A stretch of DNA of 32,000 bases from Candidatus Annandia pinicola (GTDB lineage Bacteria; Pseudomonadota; Gammaproteobacteria; Enterobacterales; Enterobacteriaceae_A): NCBI RefSeq assembly GCF_020541245.1, contig NZ_CP045876.1:316581-348580 (forward strand), read 5' to 3'. Below are positions 19,133 to 28,208 of this stretch, piece by piece. The notes under the pieces were generated by a model. The model had not been told where the DNA came from. It did no database searches and worked only from the letters and a program-made list of their open reading frames with translations. Position numbers and translations under genes: made by a program. Positions within the stretch are counted from its first letter, which is position 1; every line of letters begins with the position of its first letter.

Positions 19133-21592
19133 CTATATAATACGTAATAAATCAGAAAATACACCAGCAGCAGTCACATTATCACCAGCCCCATAACCAC
19201 GTATAACCATTGGAATTGGATTATAATATTTACTATATATAACTAATGCATTTTCACCATTTTTAATTTCATATAATGGATTAAATTTATTTATAGCTTT
19301 AATTTTAATTTCACATTTTCCATTTGATTTAATAATACCAATAAATCTTAATACTTTATTTTTTTTTTTTATTATATTATAAATATTTTTAAAACCTTTA
19401 TCTAATAAATATAAATTTTCCATAAATTTTTTTGTATTACTAAATTTATTAAATATTTTTGGTATTATATTATCTATATAAATATCTTTTAATTCTAATA
19501 TGTAACCAACTTCACGAGCTAAAATCAATAATTTTCTAGCTACATCCATTCCAGATAAATCTTCTCTAGGATCTGGTTCAGTAAAACCCATATCACAGGC
19601 CATTTTAGTTGCTTTAGAAAATGATATACCTTCATCTAGTTTACCAAATATAAAAGATAATGATCCTGATAAAATTCCTGAAAAATTTATTATTTTATCT
19701 CCTGAATATAATAAATTTTTTAAATTTTCTATTATTGGTAATCCAGCTCCAACATTTGTTTCATATAAAAATTTTATATTATAATTAATTGTATTATATT
19801 TTATTTTTTGATAATAATATAAAGAAGATGTATTAGCTTTTTTATTAGCAGTAACAACATTAATTTTTTTTGATAAAAAATTAACATATTCATTAGATAT
19901 TAAATTACTTGAAGTACAATCTATTATTGTAGGATTAAATAAATTATTTTTTTTTATTAATTCTAATAATATTTTAATATTAAATATATTATAATTTTTA
20001 TTAAATGATTTTTTCCAATTATTTAAATTTATTCCTTTAATATTTGTTAAAATATATTTAGAATTAGCTATACCACATACTTTTATATTTATATTTTTAT
20101 TATTTAAAATAATTTGTTGCTGACATATTTGTTTTATTAAAGTTTTTCCTATTATACCGATTCCAATAATAAATAATTCTAAATATTTTTTTTTAAAAAA
20201 TATATTTTGATGAATTATTTTAATTGCATCATTAATATTACTATTATTTAATAATACTGAAATAACATTTTTAGATAAACCCTGAATATTAGAAACAATA
20301 TTGATTTTTGATTTTAACAAAGAATAAAAAATATTAGGTAATATATTAATGTTTTTTTTTATATTATCTCCAACTAAAGATAATATAGATAAATTTTTAA
20401 TTATTTTTAAATAATTTAAAATTTTACTTTTAAATTCTAAACTAAACTCATTTTCTAATATAATTTTAGTTTTATTTATATCTTTGTTAAATATACAAAA
20501 AGAAATACTATTTTCAGAATAAGATTGTGTTATTAAATTAATAGGTATTTTTTTACTTGATATTACATTTAATATACGTGATATAATATTAATAATATTA
20601 CATTTATTAGAACCATAAATATTAAACATAGAAATATCTTTTAAATATGTAATACCCTTAACACAATAATTATTTTTTTTTTTATTTGAACTTATAATGG
20701 TTCCATGTGATTTTGGGTTATTAGTATTTTTAATTAAACATGGAATATTATATTTAAACAAGGGTGATATTGTACGAGGATGTAATACTTTAGCTCCAAA
20801 ATACGACAATTCTATAGCTTCTTTATAAGATATATTTTTTAAAAGAATTGCATTAGTTACTTTTTTAGGATCACATGTATATATACCATCAACATCTGTC
20901 CAAATTTCACAACAACTAGCTTTTAAGCAAGCTGTTAAAACTGCAGCAGAATAATCTGAACCATTTCTTCCAAGAACAACTATATCATCATCATAATTTC
21001 CAGCAGTAAAACCCGCCATAAGAGTAATATTATTTTTATCTTTATATATTTTATTATTTATTTTATTTTTTATTAAATACCTAGATTTATTAATATCCAC
21101 TGTTGATTCTAAAATATCACCTGTAGCTTTTAAATATTTAACTGGATTTATAATAGAAATATTATAATTATAAGATTTTAATAATTCACTCATAATTTGA
21201 ACTGATAATTTTTCTCCTAAACAAATAATTTTTGCATATGTTTTTTTAGGACATTTTTTTAATAAACCTATACCATGTAATATATTTTTTAATTCTTTAA
21301 ATTCATATTGTAATATGTTAAAAATTTTATTATCATTAAGTTTAATTAAATAATTTTTTAATTCTAAAACTAAATTAAAAAATATTTTTTTTACAATATT
21401 TATATAATTATTAATAATTTTATTTTTAATCTTACTTTCTATTATATAAACTAAATAATTAGTAATTTTAGAAGGGGCAGATAAAACAACAAAAATTTTA
21501 TTTTTTTTGCAACTATTTTTAATAATATTAGCTACATTTAAAAATTTTTGTGCATTAGCTAATGAAGTTCCACCAAATTTTAAAACTTTCAT
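19133..21592 (-). CDS. thrA: Bifunctional aspartokinase I / homoserine dehydrogenase I
   Basis: 819 aa, full length. The N-terminus MKVLKFGGTSLANAQKF is the aspartokinase part, and the C-terminal homoserine dehydrogenase part has VRGYGAGDNVTAAGVFSDLLR. The SD AGGAA lies about 7 nt upstream of the ATG. Confidence 0.97.
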   Translation of the reverse strand: MKVLKFGGTSLANAQKFLNVANIIKNSCKKNKIFVVLSAPSKITNYLVYIIESKIKNKIINNYINIVKKIFFNLVLELKNYLIKLNDNKIFNILQYEFKELKNILHGIGLLKKCPKKTYAKIICLGEKLSVQIMSELLKSYNYNISIINPVKYLKATGDILESTVDINKSRYLIKNKINNKIYKDKNNITLMAGFTAGNYDDDIVVLGRNGSDYSAAVLTACLKASCCEIWTDVDGIYTCDPKKVTNAILLKNISYKEAIELSYFGAKVLHPRTISPLFKYNIPCLIKNTNNPKSHGTIISSNKKKNNYCVKGITYLKDISMFNIYGSNKCNIINIISRILNVISSKKIPINLITQSYSENSISFCIFNKDINKTKIILENEFSLEFKSKILNYLKIIKNLSILSLVGDNIKKNINILPNIFYSLLKSKINIVSNIQGLSKNVISVLLNNSNINDAIKIIHQNIFFKKKYLELFIIGIGIIGKTLIKQICQQQIILNNKNINIKVCGIANSKYILTNIKGINLNNWKKSFNKNYNIFNIKILLELIKKNNLFNPTIIDCTSSNLISNEYVNFLSKKINVVTANKKANTSSLYYYQKIKYNTINYNIKFLYETNVGAGLPIIENLKNLLYSGDKIINFSGILSGSLSFIFGKLDEGISFSKATKMACDMGFTEPDPREDLSGMDVARKLLILAREVGYILELKDIYIDNIIPKIFNKFSNTKKFMENLYLLDKGFKNIYNIIKKKNKVLRFIGIIKSNGKCEIKIKAINKFNPLYEIKNGENALVIYSKYYNPIPMVIRGYGAGDNVTAAGVFSDLLRII

Positions 21593-21678
21593 ATAAAATT
21601 CCTAATTATTAAATTAATTTTATTATATAATATTATAATTTAATTATTAAATTTATTATAATAATTAATTTTATATTA

Positions 21679-22266
21679 TTAAATATTATAATTAATAGAT
21701 AAAATTAAATTTAATATTATAGCTCCAAAAATAGAATATAAAATTGCAGGAAAAGAAATAAAAAAATAAGAAAAAATAAATATTAATATATCAATTATCA
21801 TTTGTATATTACCAATTTTTATTTTATACTTATTTTTTATACATAAAGATATAATATTAATACCTCCTAAACTTGAATTATTTTTAAATAAAGAAATTAA
21901 ACCTATACCAATAAAAATATTACCTAAAAATGTAGTATAAAATTTATTAAATATAATTAATGAAATAAATAATGAATTTATTTTAGTAATAATTGATACT
22001 AAAATAATAGAAACAAAAGTTTTAATTGTAAATTCAATACCCATTTTAAATATAGAAAAAAAATAAAATGGTATATTTATTAAAAAAAAAATTATTCCAA
22101 AAGATATAGAAAATATATAACTTATAATAAATGCTATTCCAGCAGTACTACCAATTAATGTTCCTGAAGAATGAATTAATGAAATTCCAAAAGATATTAT
22201 AACACTATTTATAAAAATTATATATATATCTTTTAATATTTTTTTTAAAAAAAAATTAATTTTAAT
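21679..22266 (-). CDS. YitT/DUF161-family integral membrane protein, probable non-canonical ATT start
   Basis: The track ORF (121 aa from the ATG at 22044) is only the C-terminal part. The same frame stays open for 74 more codons, up to an in-frame TAA at 22270-22272. The extension, IKLIFFLKKILKDIYIIFINSVIISFGISLIHSSGTLIGSTAGIAFIISYIFSISFGIIFFLINIPFYFFSIFK, carries the conserved N-terminal half of YitT-like proteins (compare B. subtilis YitT ...GGVSGIS...NIPLF...G..FG.KT). It contains no ATG, GTG or TTG. The in-frame ATT at 22264-22266 is preceded by GAGGT (22272-22276). The second half has the repeat of the motif (SSLGGINIISLCIKNKYKIKIGNIQMIIDILIF). Confidence 0.55.
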   Translation of the reverse strand: MKINFFLKKILKDIYIIFINSVIISFGISLIHSSGTLIGSTAGIAFIISYIFSISFGIIFFLINIPFYFFSIFKMGIEFTIKTFVSIILVSIITKINSLFISLIIFNKFYTTFLGNIFIGIGLISLFKNNSSLGGINIISLCIKNKYKIKIGNIQMIIDILIFIFSYFFISFPAILYSIFGAIILNLILSINYNI

Positions 22267-22307
22267 ATCTTACCTCTTTTATTACAAATTAAATGTAATT
22301 AAATTAT

Positions 22308-23699
22308 TTATTTTATATAATTATCAAATCGTGAAAATATATTATTAAAAATTAATTTTATTTTTCCAATAGGACCATTTCTTTGTTTACTAATTATAAT
22401 TTCAGCAATATTTTTATTATTATTATTATTATTATATAATTCATCTCTATATATAAACATTATTAAATCAGCATCTTGTTCAATTGAACCTGATTCTCTT
22501 AAATCAGAATTTATTGGTCTTTTGTCCAATCTTTGTTCTAATAATCTATTTAATTGTGAAATTGCTATAATTGGCACTTTAAATTCTTTAGCTAAAGATT
22601 TTAAAGATCTTGAAATTTCAGAAATTTCTAAATTTCTATTATGAGATAAGGAAGGAACTTTCATTAATTGTAAATAATCAATCATTATTAAACTTAAACC
22701 CTTATTTAAATTATATATATCTTTTGTCTTTAGTCTTATTTCATTTGGTGTTAAAGATGAAGAATCATCTATATATAAATTTTTTTTTTTTATTAAAATA
22801 GATATTGTATTGTATATACGATTCCAATCTTTTTTATTTAATTGTCCTGTTTTAATTTTTAATTGATCTACCCTTGATAAGGATGATAACATTCTCATAG
22901 TAATTTGTTCACTAGACATTTCCAAACTAAATATTAAAACAGGTTTATCATATAAAATAGCAGTATTTTCACATATATTAGTTGCAAAAGTAGTTTTTCC
23001 CATAGAAGGTCTTGAGGCTAATATTATAAGATCTGATTTTTGTAAACCTAATGTTTTTTTATTTAAATCATTATAACCAGTATCTATACCTGTAATACCT
23101 TTTTTAGATTTTTTAAAAAACTCCTCTATTTTATTTATTGTATTTTCTAAAATATTTTCTATGTTTTTAAGGTTATTATTAAATTTATTATCAATATTAA
23201 TTTTATAATTATTTATTTTATTTATATTAAATTCTATAAATTTAACAATTTTTTTTAAATTAGTTTTTCTTTTTTTTTTAATTTTTTCAATTATCTTATA
23301 AGCAAGGTTAATAATCTGTCTTATTTTAGATTTTTCATATATTATTTTAGCATATGCTTTAATATTTTTTGTACTTGGAGCGTTTTTAGATAATTCAGCT
23401 AAATATGCAAAACCACCAATTGAATTTAAAATATTTTTTTTTTCTAAAGATTCTGATAAAGTTATTAAATCTATAGATTTACCTAATTTAAAAAAACTTT
23501 TAATTTCACAAAAAATTTTATAATGTGATTTACTAAAAAAATCATTTGAAACTAAATTATTAGAAATTTCATTCCATTTTTTATTATCTATTATTAAACA
23601 TCCTAATAATAATTGTTCAGCTTCTATTGAATAATAAGATTTGTTATTTTTTAGATTATATTTATTTTTTTTTTTAATAAATTTATAATTTTCCATCAT
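22308..23699 (-). CDS. dnaB: Replicative DNA helicase
   Basis: 463 aa. The N-terminal domain has SIEAEQLLLGCLI. The Walker A region is ILASRPSMGKTTFATNI. DYLQLM, SQLNR and RESGSIEQDADLIMFIYRDE match DnaB. Confidence 0.97.
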   Translation of the reverse strand: MMENYKFIKKKNKYNLKNNKSYYSIEAEQLLLGCLIIDNKKWNEISNNLVSNDFFSKSHYKIFCEIKSFFKLGKSIDLITLSESLEKKNILNSIGGFAYLAELSKNAPSTKNIKAYAKIIYEKSKIRQIINLAYKIIEKIKKKRKTNLKKIVKFIEFNINKINNYKINIDNKFNNNLKNIENILENTINKIEEFFKKSKKGITGIDTGYNDLNKKTLGLQKSDLIILASRPSMGKTTFATNICENTAILYDKPVLIFSLEMSSEQITMRMLSSLSRVDQLKIKTGQLNKKDWNRIYNTISILIKKKNLYIDDSSSLTPNEIRLKTKDIYNLNKGLSLIMIDYLQLMKVPSLSHNRNLEISEISRSLKSLAKEFKVPIIAISQLNRLLEQRLDKRPINSDLRESGSIEQDADLIMFIYRDELYNNNNNNKNIAEIIISKQRNGPIGKIKLIFNNIFSRFDNYIK

Positions 23700-23706
23700 T
23701 GTTCTT

Positions 23707-23755
23707 AATTTATTTTTTTTAAATAATATAAAATTAATTTATTTTTTTAAATAAT
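23707..23755. repeat. About 20-bp direct repeat in the dnaB/tsaD divergent spacer
   Basis: AATTTATTTTTTTTAAATAAT (23707-23727) and AATTTATTTTTTTAAATAAT (23736-23755) are identical except for T-run length (8 vs 7). They lie 8-56 nt upstream of the dnaB ATG. Confidence 0.4.
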
Positions 23756-23856
23756 TTAAAATATTTTAATATAAAAAATATATTAGTATTATTAAATTTT
23801 ATTTAGTAAAATATAAATAAAAAATATTTAATTTAAATTGGATAATTTAAATAATT

Positions 23857-24879
23857 ATGAAAATACTTGGAATAGAAACGTCATGTGATGATACTGGTAT
23901 TGCTATATATGATGATTTTAAGGGAATAATTGCTAATAAAACATACAAACAAAATAAAATACATAATTTATATGGTGGTATAGTTCCAGAATTAGCTTCT
24001 AGAGCTCATATGAAAAATATATTACCTTTAATTAAAGAAGTTTTTAGAATAGCTAAAATATCATATTATGAGATAGATTGTATTGCTTATACTGCTGGCC
24101 CTGGACTAATAGGTTCTTTATTAATAGGAGCTACATTAAGTAAATCATTAGGATTTTCTTGGGGTATACCAATACAAGAAGTAAATCATATGGAGGGACA
24201 TTTATTAACACCAATGTTGGAAAATAAAAATATTTCATTTCCATTTACTGCTTTATTAATTTCTGGAAAACATACTCAAATAATAAAAGCTATTGATTTA
24301 GGTAATTATGAAATATTGGGAAGCTCTTTAGATGATGCAGTAGGAGAATCATTAGATAAAATTGCAAAATTATTAGGTTTAGGATATCCTGGTGGAAAAA
24401 AAATATCAGAATTAGCTAAAAAAAACAATTATAAAAATATGAATTTTCCTAAACCAATGGTAAAAAATAATAAAAATTTAAATTTTAGTTTTTCAGGTTT
24501 AAAAACATTTGTTATTAATAAAATTAAAGAATTAAATATTAATGATTATAAAATTAAAGCAAACATTGCTTATTCTTTTGAAAAAGCAATAATAGATACT
24601 TTAATTATAAAAACTCAAAGAGCTTTAAAAATTACTAAACATAAAAATTTAATTATATCCGGAGGTGTAAGTTCTAATAATAAATTAAGATATAAATTTA
24701 ATAAAGTATTTAATAAAAAAAAAATTAATACATTTTATCCTAGTTATGATTTATGTACAGATAATGGTGCTATGATTGCTTATGCTGGTATGTTAAATTT
24801 TAAAAAAAATAAAAACTTTAAATTTGATCTTAAAATAAATGTAAAACCTAAATGGTTAATATCAGATATAAAATATTAA
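23857..24879 (+). CDS. tsaD: tRNA N6-adenosine threonylcarbamoyltransferase (t6A37 synthesis)
   Basis: 340 aa. MKILGIETSCDDTGIAIYD, VPELASRAH, HMEGHLL, LISGKHT and CTDNGAMIAYAG match TsaD/YgjD/Gcp. Confidence 0.96.
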   Translation: MKILGIETSCDDTGIAIYDDFKGIIANKTYKQNKIHNLYGGIVPELASRAHMKNILPLIKEVFRIAKISYYEIDCIAYTAGPGLIGSLLIGATLSKSLGFSWGIPIQEVNHMEGHLLTPMLENKNISFPFTALLISGKHTQIIKAIDLGNYEILGSSLDDAVGESLDKIAKLLGLGYPGGKKISELAKKNNYKNMNFPKPMVKNNKNLNFSFSGLKTFVINKIKELNINDYKIKANIAYSFEKAIIDTLIIKTQRALKITKHKNLIISGGVSSNNKLRYKFNKVFNKKKINTFYPSYDLCTDNGAMIAYAGMLNFKKNKNFKFDLKINVKPKWLISDIKY

Positions 24880-24884
24880 TATTA

Positions 24885-26027
24885 TTATAAAAATTTATTT
24901 AAATATAATATACGTTTATTGTTTAAGGCAATATTTATCGATGATTTATCATATTTTTTTTTAATAGCTTCTTTAAAATCAATATTTTTTATTAAATAAA
25001 AATATTTATATAAAAAAAAACTATTTGAAAATTTATTTTTTTTTTTATCTTTATGTAAAAAAAATATTATAGACATCATTTTAACTATATATGGTCTATT
25101 CCAAGCATTTATTTTATTAAATATATTTATAATATATTTAGAAGATCTATATTTTATATTATCAATATGATCATAATATAAAGTAGATACAATTGCTACG
25201 TTAGCTATTTTATTAGGTATTTTAATCCTAGTACATATAGATTTAATTAGTTTAACTTTATTAATTTTAAATTTTAAACAAAAAAGAGCAAATCTAACAG
25301 AAACATTAAAAACTGAATTTTTACGTATTTTAAAAATATTAATTATTGCTTTTTCGTTATTTTTATTATATTTTAATTTATTTTTAATTGAATTATATAT
25401 TTCTGGAAAAGTTTCTTTTAAAGCACCACATTTATTTAAAATATAAAAATAAATATGTGGATTATTTGATATTAAAGCTTTTCTAGTTTCTTTCCATATT
25501 CTTTCTGCTTTTATATATTTTAAATCACCTTTTTTTATCATATTTTTCATAAATAATATTGTTTTTTTAGAAACATAAAAATTTAAATGTAATAATCTTG
25601 CTGCAAAACTAGCTACTCTAAATATTCTTAAAGGATCTTCTTTAAAAACACTTGAAATGTGTCTTATAACTCTTTTCTTTATATCTCTTAAACCATTACA
25701 AGGATCTATAAAATTTCCATACTTATTCATTGCTATAGAATTAATAGTAATATCTCTTCTTTTTAAATCTTCATTTAAAATAGTTTTATTATCGTAATTA
25801 TTATTAAAATCTATATTTTTTTTTCCAATTTTAGTTTCAATTCTAGCTAAAGAATATTCTTCTTTACTAATAGGATGTATAAAGATTGGAAAAACTTTAC
25901 CAACTTGAAAATAACCTTTATCAATCATCATTTTTGGAGTAGCTCCTATAACTAACCAATCTCTGTCTCTAATTTTAATTTTTAGAATAAAATCTCTAAC
26001 TGCTCCACCAACTAAATATTTATTCAA
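24885..26027 (-). CDS. cca: tRNA CCA-adding nucleotidyltransferase (HD-domain signature not retained)
   Basis: 380 aa. The N-terminal head YLVGGAVRDFILKIKIRDRDWLVIG, the RRDITINS motif and the EDPLRIFRVASFAARL motif match E. coli Cca. The start codon is TTG (26025-26027), preceded by AAGGA (26033-26037) with a 5-nt spacer. Confidence 0.93.
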   Translation of the reverse strand: MNKYLVGGAVRDFILKIKIRDRDWLVIGATPKMMIDKGYFQVGKVFPIFIHPISKEEYSLARIETKIGKKNIDFNNNYDNKTILNEDLKRRDITINSIAMNKYGNFIDPCNGLRDIKKRVIRHISSVFKEDPLRIFRVASFAARLLHLNFYVSKKTILFMKNMIKKGDLKYIKAERIWKETRKALISNNPHIYFYILNKCGALKETFPEIYNSIKNKLKYNKNNEKAIINIFKIRKNSVFNVSVRFALFCLKFKINKVKLIKSICTRIKIPNKIANVAIVSTLYYDHIDNIKYRSSKYIINIFNKINAWNRPYIVKMMSIIFFLHKDKKKNKFSNSFFLYKYFYLIKNIDFKEAIKKKYDKSSINIALNNKRILYLNKFL

Positions 26028-26117
26028 TATTATCCTTAGTTATAAATAATTAATATTATTAATTATATTTTTTTTATAATCATAAATATTATATATTTAA
26101 AATAAATATAAAACAAT

Positions 26118-26612
26118 ATGAAATATTCAGGGCATTTTATTTTTGCTTTATCTACAATAATTATTGTAAATAAAATATATTTTTTTAATAATTTTTGTAA
26201 AATTATCTTTTTTAAATCAATATTAGGATGTATTTTTACATGCTTCTTACCAGATTTAGATCATCCTAATTCTATTATTGGAAAGAAATTAAAATATATT
26301 TCTATTTTATTTTATAAATTATTTGGTCATAGGGGTTTTACACATAGTATATTATCAATTATTATATTTTATTATATATTAAATTTAATAATTCTATTAA
26401 ATATAAAAATATCAAATTATTTAATATATTTTATGACAATTGGTTATACTAGCCATATAATAGCGGATATGTTTACTTATCAGGGGGTTCCTTTATTATG
26501 GCCATTAAAATGGAAGTTTTCATTTTTTTTATTTAAGAAAAAATATATATATAAAGAAGAAAAAATATGTTTTTTGTTTTTTATATTTTCTATTATTTAC
26601 TATTATTTATAA
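26118..26612 (+). CDS. ydjM: YdjM-family inner-membrane metal-dependent hydrolase
   Basis: 164 aa. MKYSGHFIF, CFLPDLDHPNSIIGKKLKYIS, FGHRGFTHSIL and GYTSHIIADMFTYQGVPLLWPLKW align with E. coli YdjM (MTAEGHLLF, CLLPDIDHPKSFLGQRLKWIS, FGHRGFTHSLL, GYLSHILADMLTPAGVPLLWPCRW). Confidence 0.82.
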   Translation: MKYSGHFIFALSTIIIVNKIYFFNNFCKIIFFKSILGCIFTCFLPDLDHPNSIIGKKLKYISILFYKLFGHRGFTHSILSIIIFYYILNLIILLNIKISNYLIYFMTIGYTSHIIADMFTYQGVPLLWPLKWKFSFFLFKKKYIYKEEKICFLFFIFSIIYYYL

Positions 26613-26785
26613 AAATAATTAGTATAGTATTTAAGATTTTAAAATATATTAATAAATATATATTAAGTAAAATAAATTTAAAATTATAAAAATATTAATA
26701 TAATTATAATTAAAAAAAAATTAATTATTTTTTTTTAAAATTTAATTATTAACTACTATTAAAAATTAAAAAAATGGATATAATA

Positions 26786-27031
26786 ATGAAAAAAAAAATT
26801 TTTTGTTTATTTTTTAAAAAAATTGATGATTTACAAAAATTTCAAAAATATCCTGGTATTATTGGAAAAATAATTTATAAAAATATATCTGAAAAAGCAT
26901 GGTCTATGTGGATAAAAAAACAAACTACATTAATTAATGAATATAAATTAAATATGAATAATAAAAATAATATAAAAAAAATTGAAAAATATATGATTAC
27001 TTTTTTATTTAAGAATAAAAAAATAATTTAA
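26786..27031 (+). CDS. yggX: Fe(2+)-trafficking protein YggX
   Basis: MKKKIFCLFFKK...KYPGIIGKIIYKNISEKAWSMWIKKQTTLINEYKLNM...FLF aligns with E. coli YggX (MSRTIFCTFLQR...[37 protein letters not shown]...FLF). The ATG at 26786 fits the homolog N-terminus better than the track ATG at 26774. Confidence 0.9.
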   Translation: MKKKIFCLFFKKIDDLQKFQKYPGIIGKIIYKNISEKAWSMWIKKQTTLINEYKLNMNNKNNIKKIEKYMITFLFKNKKII

Positions 27032-27043
27032 AATTATATAAAT

Positions 27044-28171
27044 TTAAAAATTTTCTAATAAATAATTTGACAATAATTTTCCTTTATTAGTTATATACCA
27101 ATTATATTTATCTTCTGTAATAAATCCTAATTTAATAGCATTATCAATTTTTTTACGTATTATTTTTTCTTTTATCCCAGTATAATACTCAAAAATATTA
27201 CGTGAAATTGGTATAAATAATCTAAATCTATTTATAAAAAATTCAATTGGTATTTCTTTTTTTTTAATTTTATTTTTTTTATTTAAATAATCACCAGATA
27301 AAAATCTTTTAACATTTTTATTTTTTATAGTTCTAATAATATTACCATTATTTTGTGTTATTTTACCATGTGATCCACATCCTATTCCTAAATAATCACC
27401 AAAATTCCAATAATTAATATTATGTTTACATAATTTATTTTTAGAATAAGATGATATTTCATATTGTTTATAACCTGATTTTAAAAGTTTATTATGACCA
27501 TTTTTAAACATATTCCAGATTATATTATGATTAGGTAATTTAGGCTTTATATAATAAAATAGAGTATTAGGTTCTATGGTAAGCTGATACCATGAAATAT
27601 GAGGTACTTTAAATTTAATTATTTTATTTAAATCATATTGAGATTCTTTAATATTTTGATTTGGTAATCCATAAATTAAATCAATATTAAAATTTTCAAA
27701 TTTATTTTTTTTAATTAATTTTATAATATTAATTGTATTTTTAATATTATGAATTCTTCCTAAATTAGATAAATGTTTTTTATTAAAACTTTGAACACCA
27801 ATTGAAATACGATTTATACCTATTTTTTTATATTCATTTATATTTATATTATATATATCATCAGGGTTAACTTCTATAGTAATTTCTATGTTTTTACTAT
27901 ATTTGATGTAGTATTTTATATTATTTATTAGAAATTTAATGTTATCAATAGACAACAAAGATGGTGTGCCCCCACCTATATAAATAGTATTAATTTTTCT
28001 ATTATTAATTAATTTAATATCATTTTTTAAATCATTTATTAAATGAGTGATATATTTACTGATATATTTTTTTGAATTTTCATCAATTAAATGTGCATGA
28101 AAATCACAATAAAAACATTTCTTTTTGCACCAGGGTATATGCACATATAGGCTTAAAGGTATATTTTTCAT
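27044..28171 (-). CDS. hemW: Radical SAM heme chaperone HemW (YggW, HemN-like)
   Basis: LSLYVHIPWCKKKCFYCDFHAH (CxxxCxxC radical SAM cluster), IYIGGGTPSLL, NRISIGVQSF, HISWYQLTIEPNTLF and NYWNFGDYLGIGCGSHGK match E. coli HemW. The ATG at 28171 (MKNIPLSLYVH) matches the homolog N-terminus. The track start at 28228 would add 19 aa and overlap the yggT 3' end. Confidence 0.9.
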   Translation of the reverse strand: MKNIPLSLYVHIPWCKKKCFYCDFHAHLIDENSKKYISKYITHLINDLKNDIKLINNRKINTIYIGGGTPSLLSIDNIKFLINNIKYYIKYSKNIEITIEVNPDDIYNININEYKKIGINRISIGVQSFNKKHLSNLGRIHNIKNTINIIKLIKKNKFENFNIDLIYGLPNQNIKESQYDLNKIIKFKVPHISWYQLTIEPNTLFYYIKPKLPNHNIIWNMFKNGHNKLLKSGYKQYEISSYSKNKLCKHNINYWNFGDYLGIGCGSHGKITQNNGNIIRTIKNKNVKRFLSGDYLNKKNKIKKKEIPIEFFINRFRLFIPISRNIFEYYTGIKEKIIRKKIDNAIKLGFITEDKYNWYITNKGKLLSNYLLENF

Positions 28172-28208
28172 AATTATATCGCATAAAATTTTATTAAAAT
28201 TTTTTTTT

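Noticed and set aside
23837-23845. ATTGGATAA upstream of tsaD resembles the reverse complement of a DnaA box (TGTGGATAA).
   Set aside because: It matches only 7 of 9 positions, it is a single copy, and there is no cluster and no AT-rich 13-mer organisation distinguishable from background. This is not evidence for an origin or for DnaA regulation.
26028-26117. LexA (SOS) box upstream of ydjM, which is LexA-regulated in E. coli.
   Set aside because: No CTG...CAG pattern is possible. The spacer contains almost no G/C apart from the cca SD.
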